64,000 bases of DNA from Candidatus Moraniibacteriota bacterium (GTDB taxonomy: Bacteria > Patescibacteriota > Minisyncoccia > Moranbacterales > UBA11712). Shown piece by piece: positions 58,715 to 64,000 of this stretch (within the stretch, counting starts at the first letter, position 1; every line of letters starts with the position of its first letter). The position numbers were made by a program, and so were the translations under genes. The notes beneath the pieces were generated by a model that saw nothing but the letters and a program-made list of their open reading frames with translations, did no database searches and was not told the DNA's origin. The stretch is from contig JAQVJV010000001.1 of assembly GCA_028695025.1 (NCBI GenBank), positions 21,201-85,200 of the forward strand, in the 5' to 3' direction.

Positions 58715-58742
58715 ACGTCGCACAATGTAGGTTATGCGACTT
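58715..58742. other. dif-like Xer recombination site (11-6-11)
   Basis: ACGTCGCACAA TGTAGG TTATGCGACTT. Confidence 0.6.
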
Positions 58743-58759
58743 ATTATATGTTATTTCTT

Positions 58760-59348
58760 TCAAAACTCTTTTATAACATCCAAACCTACATTTTTTAATG
58801 CCTTATAAAGTTTGTTTAATGGAAGGCCAACGACTGCATAAAAATCTCCGTGAATTTCCTCTATAAGAACTGCTGCAAGATTTTGTAATCCATACCCTCC
58901 TGCTTTGTCAAAAGGTTCCCCAGTTTCAATATAATCATTGATCTCCTGATTATTTAATTTTTTAAACTTTACCTTTGCTCTACTAATTCCATTAATGACC
59001 TTTCCACTTCTAGTATCGATCACCGCAAAACCAGAAATAGCCTCGTGTTCTTTTCCTGAATAATTTTTTATCATTTTCTCTGCCTCCTTCTTGCCCTTGG
59101 GTTTCCCTAACGGCTTTCCTTCATACACAATGATTGAATCAGCTCCAATTATAATTGCGTCTTTATAATGCCTTGCCACATCCTGAGTTTTTTTTTAGAG
59201 CTAAATACTTAACCAGTTTATATGGGTTCTTATATTTACTCATATCTTCCTCGTATTGACTTTCCCTTATTTGAAATCTTAAACCGATTTGCTCTAATAA
59301 GTTTTTTCGCCTCGATGATTTTGAGGCTAAAACTATTTTTCTTTTCAT
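58760..59348 (-). pseudogene. maf: Maf nucleotide pyrophosphatase split by one extra A in an A9 run
   Basis: IVLASKSSRR in the 5' part; IGADS, GKP, DKAGGY and VVGLP in the 3' part; homopolymer at 59188-59196. Confidence 0.88.
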
Positions 59349-59357
59349 AATATTTTT

Positions 59358-60698
59358 CTAATGATAAACAATCATCTGATCAATCGTCGTTCCGCTTCCG
59401 TAGAGGGCACCGACATACGCGCGGGTCGAGTCGAGATATATGTTTGATCCCCAATAAGGATCGTGCACCACATATTCTCCTTTTTTGTCCTTTCCGTGGA
59501 TCACCACATAGTGCCCCGCTCCCCTTTTGGTCGACTTCACAAAAACAATCACCGGATTATCATCTTTCAATTCATCGTCTATCACGTCCCAATCAACGTT
59601 TCCGTGATAAGTCGTGGAAGACAGCTTCACTCCCTTCCAGGCATTCGGCCAGACGATCAGGTCATGATAGAAAATCGGCTGGTCGGCGAGCGTCCCGGGA
59701 TCGATATTCACCCCGTGATATTTGAGCACCATTGAAAGAGCCGTCACCGCGCAACCATAGCTCTTCATGAGCGTGTTGGAATATCCAATCGTCTGATTAG
59801 CCCAGCGCTTGTCTTTTTGGGAAAAGTACCAACTGGCTGAAGCGAGTCCAGAAGCCGGCTTTTTGATGTTGGCTTCGACTTCCGCAAGAGCGTCACTCCT
59901 CTCCGAACTCAACTCTTCAATGTCGCCCAAGAGTTCCTGCTTCTCCTGCTCCACCCGTTCAAGGAGATCTTGGTATTTTTGCTCCTGTCCTTGCGTGTCA
60001 ACCAGGAGTTGCCTTCTCGAAGATTTCTCCGAATCAAGCGAAAGCTTTTTTTGGGTGGCATCCCCCCGCTGTTTTTTTTGTTCGTCGTTTTTGAACTCCA
60101 AATCTTTTTTCGCCTGTGCCAGGCTGTCCTGGGCGTCCTTGATTGAATTCAGCATTTCATCGACTCTGGAGCCGGTTTGGGAAATATATTCCGTCTGGTT
60201 CATGAAGTCGGAAAAACTGGAGTTTTTGAGAAGCATTTCCGTGAGCGTGTCCTGATCATTTTCATAGAAAGACTGCAAAAGCTGGCCGAGGATTACTTTT
60301 TGTCCGTCAATTTCTTTTTGCTTTTCCCGAATTTGGGAACTCAAGCCGTCAATGTCCTGCTGGTTTGCGTCGATGTTCTTTTGGATTTCATTGATACTGC
60401 TTTCAAGCGATGATATTTGGGTTTCCATCAACTGGATCTGGTTCTGAAGCGCGCCTTCTTTGTTTTGGTTGACTTTGATCATTTGGCGATAGCTTGCCGC
60501 CTTTTGTTCCAATTCGTCTATTTGCTCCTGCTTCTCTTCAATTTCTTCTTGGTTGGTATCATCAGCCAGGACTTTGCTTTCTATAAAAAATACAAAAATA
60601 AAAATAAAAAACAAGTACAAAAACCCTGCCGCGTAACGACTCCAGATTTTCGGCTGCAGACTTTCGACTTTTGACTTTTTATATTTGTATTTGCTCAT
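59358..60698 (-). CDS. Exported coiled-coil protein with a C-terminal C39-like cysteine peptidase
   Basis: Signal/TM, CwlO/PcsB-like coiled coil (LL..SSFSDF), Q.D.RW, GCAVTA.SM, GHYVV, HDP. Confidence 0.8.
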   Translation of the reverse strand: MSKYKYKKSKVESLQPKIWSRYAAGFLYLFFIFIFVFFIESKVLADDTNQEEIEEKQEQIDELEQKAASYRQMIKVNQNKEGALQNQIQLMETQISSLESSINEIQKNIDANQQDIDGLSSQIREKQKEIDGQKVILGQLLQSFYENDQDTLTEMLLKNSSFSDFMNQTEYISQTGSRVDEMLNSIKDAQDSLAQAKKDLEFKNDEQKKQRGDATQKKLSLDSEKSSRRQLLVDTQGQEQKYQDLLERVEQEKQELLGDIEELSSERSDALAEVEANIKKPASGLASASWYFSQKDKRWANQTIGYSNTLMKSYGCAVTALSMVLKYHGVNIDPGTLADQPIFYHDLIVWPNAWKGVKLSSTTYHGNVDWDVIDDELKDDNPVIVFVKSTKRGAGHYVVIHGKDKKGEYVVHDPYWGSNIYLDSTRAYVGALYGSGTTIDQMIVYH

Positions 60699-60703
60699 AT
60701 TGG

Positions 60704-62182
60704 CTAATTTTTCAGGGAAGCGATGGCTTGTTCGATTCTTTCCATGCTTTCATTTTTCCCAACCACCCACGCCACTTCCCAAGGCGAAGGACTTTTTTTC
60801 TCTCCGGTGAGTGCCACCCGGAGCGGCCACAGGAGCGCTCCCCTGTCTTTTGGATCAGCTGAAGCCATCAACTTGTTTTTTATATCTTCCAACTCCCAAT
60901 TCTCTTCGCTTATAGCATCCAATATTTCCCGAGACTTATTCAGAGATTTTTCGAGATCTTCACTGCCCATACTTTTCCATTTCAAGAGATCAGCATCTGG
61001 TTTCGGAGTATCAAAATAAAATTGAGTTCCTTCAGCGATATCCGACAATTTCTTCATCCGTTCTTTTTCGACTTGGATAATTTTTTTGAGATGTTCGTCC
61101 GACAAGCTATTATTGTATTTTTTAAGATACGGACGGCAGAGTTTTGCGAGTTCGCCATCATCTTTTTGGCGGATATAATACCCATTCATCCAATCCAATT
61201 TTTCCTGGTCGAATATCGCGCCGGCTTTGTTGAGTTTTTCAAGATCAAAGGCCGCTGACATCTCGTCGAGCGAAAAAATTTCCTGCTCCGTTTTCGGATT
61301 CCAGCCAAGAAGAGCGATGAAATTCACGACTGCTTCCGGAAGATAGCCCTTTTTTTTGAAATCTTCGACGCTCACGTCTCCGTCTCTTTTTGACAGTTTT
61401 TTCCTGGTATTCTTGTTGAGGATGACGCAAAGATGCGCGTACTGCGGCGGTTTCCATCCGAATGCTTCAAAAAGCAAAATATGTTTCGGCGTGCTCGGAA
61501 GCCACTCCTCTCCTCTGAAAACCAGGGTTGTCTCCATGAAATGATCATCGACCACGTGCGCCAAATGATAAGTCGGAAATCCGTCAGATTTAAGAAGAAC
61601 AAAATCGTCAAGATTCTTATTGGAAAAAAAGATTTTTCCGCGGACCGCGTCTTCAAAACTTATCTCCCCTGTTTCCGGAACATCGAAGCGGATCACGTAT
61701 TTCTCGCCGGCTTTGATTTTTTGTTCGGCTTCTTCGCGCGAGTAGGTTTTGAGGCAAAGCTTGTCGTAGGCCGGCGCCAGCTTGGCTTTCTCTTGTACCG
61801 CCCGCAGGCTGTCCAATCTTTCCGGCGTGCAGAAACAATAATAGGCCTTGCCTTTTTTCACCAATTCATGCGCGTATTTTTGGTACAGCTCAAGCCGCTC
61901 GGATTGCATATAGGGGCCGAATTCGCCTTTTTGCCTTATGCTCCCTTTTTCGTCAAGGACAATCCCCTCTCCATTTTCCACGCCGGCCCATTCAAGCGAT
62001 TCGACCAATTTTTCCACCGCGTCCGCCACCAGCCTCTTTTGGTCAGTATCTTCAACGCGAAGAAAATAATCTCCCCCGGTTTTTTTGGCATAGAGAAAAT
62101 TATAGAGAGCCGTTCGCAGGCTTCCGATATGCAAGTATCCGGTTGGGCTGGGCGCAAAACGCACCCGTGGTTTTTCAGCCAT
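60704..62182 (-). CDS. gltX: Glutamate-tRNA ligase
   Basis: RVRFAPSPTG.LHIGS, LRVEDTD, RGEEW, KLSKR. Confidence 0.98.
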   Translation of the reverse strand: MAEKPRVRFAPSPTGYLHIGSLRTALYNFLYAKKTGGDYFLRVEDTDQKRLVADAVEKLVESLEWAGVENGEGIVLDEKGSIRQKGEFGPYMQSERLELYQKYAHELVKKGKAYYCFCTPERLDSLRAVQEKAKLAPAYDKLCLKTYSREEAEQKIKAGEKYVIRFDVPETGEISFEDAVRGKIFFSNKNLDDFVLLKSDGFPTYHLAHVVDDHFMETTLVFRGEEWLPSTPKHILLFEAFGWKPPQYAHLCVILNKNTRKKLSKRDGDVSVEDFKKKGYLPEAVVNFIALLGWNPKTEQEIFSLDEMSAAFDLEKLNKAGAIFDQEKLDWMNGYYIRQKDDGELAKLCRPYLKKYNNSLSDEHLKKIIQVEKERMKKLSDIAEGTQFYFDTPKPDADLLKWKSMGSEDLEKSLNKSREILDAISEENWELEDIKNKLMASADPKDRGALLWPLRVALTGEKKSPSPWEVAWVVGKNESMERIEQAIASLKN

Positions 62183-62195
62183 ATGCGTAAAAAAT

Positions 62196-62912
62196 TTAAT
62201 CGTTCATAAGAGCTGTTATCGGAAAAATAATGACGGCGTTCGCGATCCGGTGGATCCTTTTCGGCTCTTGGACTAACCGCCAAAGCCACTCAAATCCCAG
62301 TGAGCGCCAAACTTGTGGTGCCCGGCGAATTTTTCCGGTCAGAAAATCAAACGTTCCCCCGACGCCCACGAATATTTTTGCCTTTGGAAATTTCTCCCGA
62401 TTTTCGGCAATGAATTTTTCCTGATCAGGCGCTCCAAAATTCACGAGAACTATTTCAGCTTTTTTAATTATACCATTTTCGAAGAAGTTTTGGCCAGTGT
62501 CGAAATATATTGATCTTGCGGGAATATTTGGATACTTCTTTTCAAGGCTTTTTTCAATTTCTTCCGGCGAACTTAAGCTGTTTCGGGAAACTATGGCCAA
62601 TATCTGATATTTTTTTTGGCTGGCCAATCCTAGCAAAAAATCAACCAGGTCAGCCCCGGCCCAGCGATTTTTGATTCTTTTTTCCTTGAAAAAACTCACT
62701 AATTTCAAGCCAAAACCGTCACAGATATTGAGATCCGCTTGATTAAGAATTTTTTTATAACCCGCATTTTGGTGAGCTTTAAGGAGAATTTCCGGATTGA
62801 GCGTGGCGGCAAAAATCGAGCCTTCTCCACTTTCAAGCATTTCTGCCAATCTTTCTTCCAGATCTTCAATCGCGTAATCGTCAATTCTGATGCCGAGGAT
62901 ATCCATAGTCAT
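62196..62912 (-). CDS. WecB/TagA/CpsF (GT26) glycosyltransferase
   Basis: T.NPE, DG.G, GADL, GAPDQE, GVGG.FD, RAP, EWLWRL..EP.R. Confidence 0.92.
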   Translation of the reverse strand: MTMDILGIRIDDYAIEDLEERLAEMLESGEGSIFAATLNPEILLKAHQNAGYKKILNQADLNICDGFGLKLVSFFKEKRIKNRWAGADLVDFLLGLASQKKYQILAIVSRNSLSSPEEIEKSLEKKYPNIPARSIYFDTGQNFFENGIIKKAEIVLVNFGAPDQEKFIAENREKFPKAKIFVGVGGTFDFLTGKIRRAPQVWRSLGFEWLWRLVQEPKRIHRIANAVIIFPITALMND

Positions 62913-62913
62913 T

Positions 62914-64000
62914 TCACTCTATGTCCGCTTGATATATGGCCGGCGCGTCCGATTTCCCGTCAGCGTGGATTTCCGAACCGTCGGCGGCATAAACTCCGAA
63001 AGTGATCTTATTGTCGCCCGGATTGATATTGGTGAGATCTATTTCGATGTTTTTTTTCTGTTTTATGGAAGTTATATACTGGCTGAAAACCTCCCGCCCA
63101 TTAAAAAGAACTTTGATTCCCATCGGTTTTGGAAGTTTCAAATTGAAACTGAAACGGCCGTCCATCAATCCTCCGGCCATATTGACCAGATTGAGCTCGG
63201 CTCCGCTTTCGGCATAGCGCTTCGCCCCACCCTTGGCCGTACTCTTTCCCACCCAATGATCTTTGGACGGAAACGCCAAAAACATATGGCTCGGCATTTT
63301 GGAGCGGTCGACCTGGCAGGCGTAGAGGTATTCGTCTTCGTAGGTATCCGAGCATTCGATGACGCTTGAGATATACGCCTTCATCGGATAAATCATATCC
63401 CGATCGCCCTCTTCCGGGTTGCCTTTGAGAGCTTGCTTGTCAAGGATTATATATCGGACATCGTAATATTTCAAAATTTCATTGGCAATGTCATAATAAG
63501 AGCTTTTCATGATATCTGAATTATTCCTGTCTTCTTCATCCGGAACATCATAGAGCAAATCACGGATAATCGGGGTATTTTCTTGGAAGAGATAGGCTTC
63601 TTTATTTACACGGGCAAAATCGTAGCTGTTGAGGGTGTTTTTCCGATGGATGCTTTTCCAAACCAGATCCCGCGAAGCAAAACTGTAGCTTGTGCTTCCC
63701 GGAACTTCGATCACACTATATTTTTCCTTATCCTGCCCCAATTTTTCGTAAAAAGAAGAATGAAGAAGCGAGTTCGTCTCAAGCGGAACAGCCAAAAATT
63801 CAACGGCGACAACAAAAGTGATCATTGGATAAAATATAACTCTAAATTTATTTTTACGAGAATTATCCGGGTTATCTCCCTCCCCTGCATTATCACTGCC
63901 TTTTTTATTTTTAGTTTTTAGATTTGATATTTTAGATTCCGCGTAGGCCATACCCCAAGCCGCAAGCACGGAAAAGCCAAGCATCGACCAGACAAAAAAC
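62914..64000 (-). CDS. 3' part of a large membrane glycosyltransferase-associated protein, 5'-truncated by the window
   Basis: TM ending in EFL..P, VIEVP, H.K..L..Y..R, VRYIIL; ORF runs toward the window edge. Confidence 0.55.
   Translation of the reverse strand, partial: FFVWSMLGFSVLAAWGMAYAESKISNLKTKNKKGSDNAGEGDNPDNSRKNKFRVIFYPMITFVVAVEFLAVPLETNSLLHSSFYEKLGQDKEKYSVIEVPGSTSYSFASRDLVWKSIHRKNTLNSYDFARVNKEAYLFQENTPIIRDLLYDVPDEEDRNNSDIMKSSYYDIANEILKYYDVRYIILDKQALKGNPEEGDRDMIYPMKAYISSVIECSDTYEDEYLYACQVDRSKMPSHMFLAFPSKDHWVGKSTAKGGAKRYAESGAELNLVNMAGGLMDGRFSFNLKLPKPMGIKVLFNGREVFSQYITSIKQKKNIEIDLTNINPGDNKITFGVYAADGSEIHADGKSDAPAIYQADIE

Noticed and set aside
1-64000. CRISPR array or cas operon
   Set aside because: I saw no regularly spaced direct repeats, and the Cas4-like nuclease has no cas neighbours.
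1-64000. Alternative genetic code 25 (UGA=Gly)
   Set aside because: Conserved genes are intact under code 11, several end in TGA, and RF2 is encoded.

Overview
This 64-kb window reads as the chromosome of a small-genome bacterium, most likely Patescibacteria/CPR (Parcubacteria, Moranbacteria-like). That placement is inferred from gene content: DUF4012 and DUF5652-like proteins, solo groES and rpmA, archaeal-type pyrH, few Shine-Dalgarno sites and many leaderless-type promoters. TGA is a stop codon and prfB is present, so code 11 applies. The window holds three cell-surface glycan clusters (about 1-12 kb, 28-45 kb and 62-64 kb). Housekeeping genes include lepA, frameshifted prfB, ftsEX, fmt/def/priA, glyA, folD, rplI, pyrG, rpmA, pyrH, iscSU and gltX, plus three tRNAs. 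An accessory nuclease/CYTH/TPR/Pif1/ADP-ribosyltransferase patch lies at 51-57 kb. The most notable observation is a divergent RtcB-family ligase that keeps its metal ligands and catalytic His but has lost basic RNA/GTP-contact residues. It sits with a thymidylate-kinase-like gene inside an archaeal-looking glycosylation operon and may be a phosphodiester-forming glycan system. Other highlights are several families of tiny palindromic or heptameric repeats inserted in frame inside proteins, a dif-like Xer site, a collapsed gene-boundary duplicate and a stand-alone polyvalent-type ART. I saw no CRISPR array, rRNA, transposase or integrase. All family calls come from motif recognition by eye; no searches were run.
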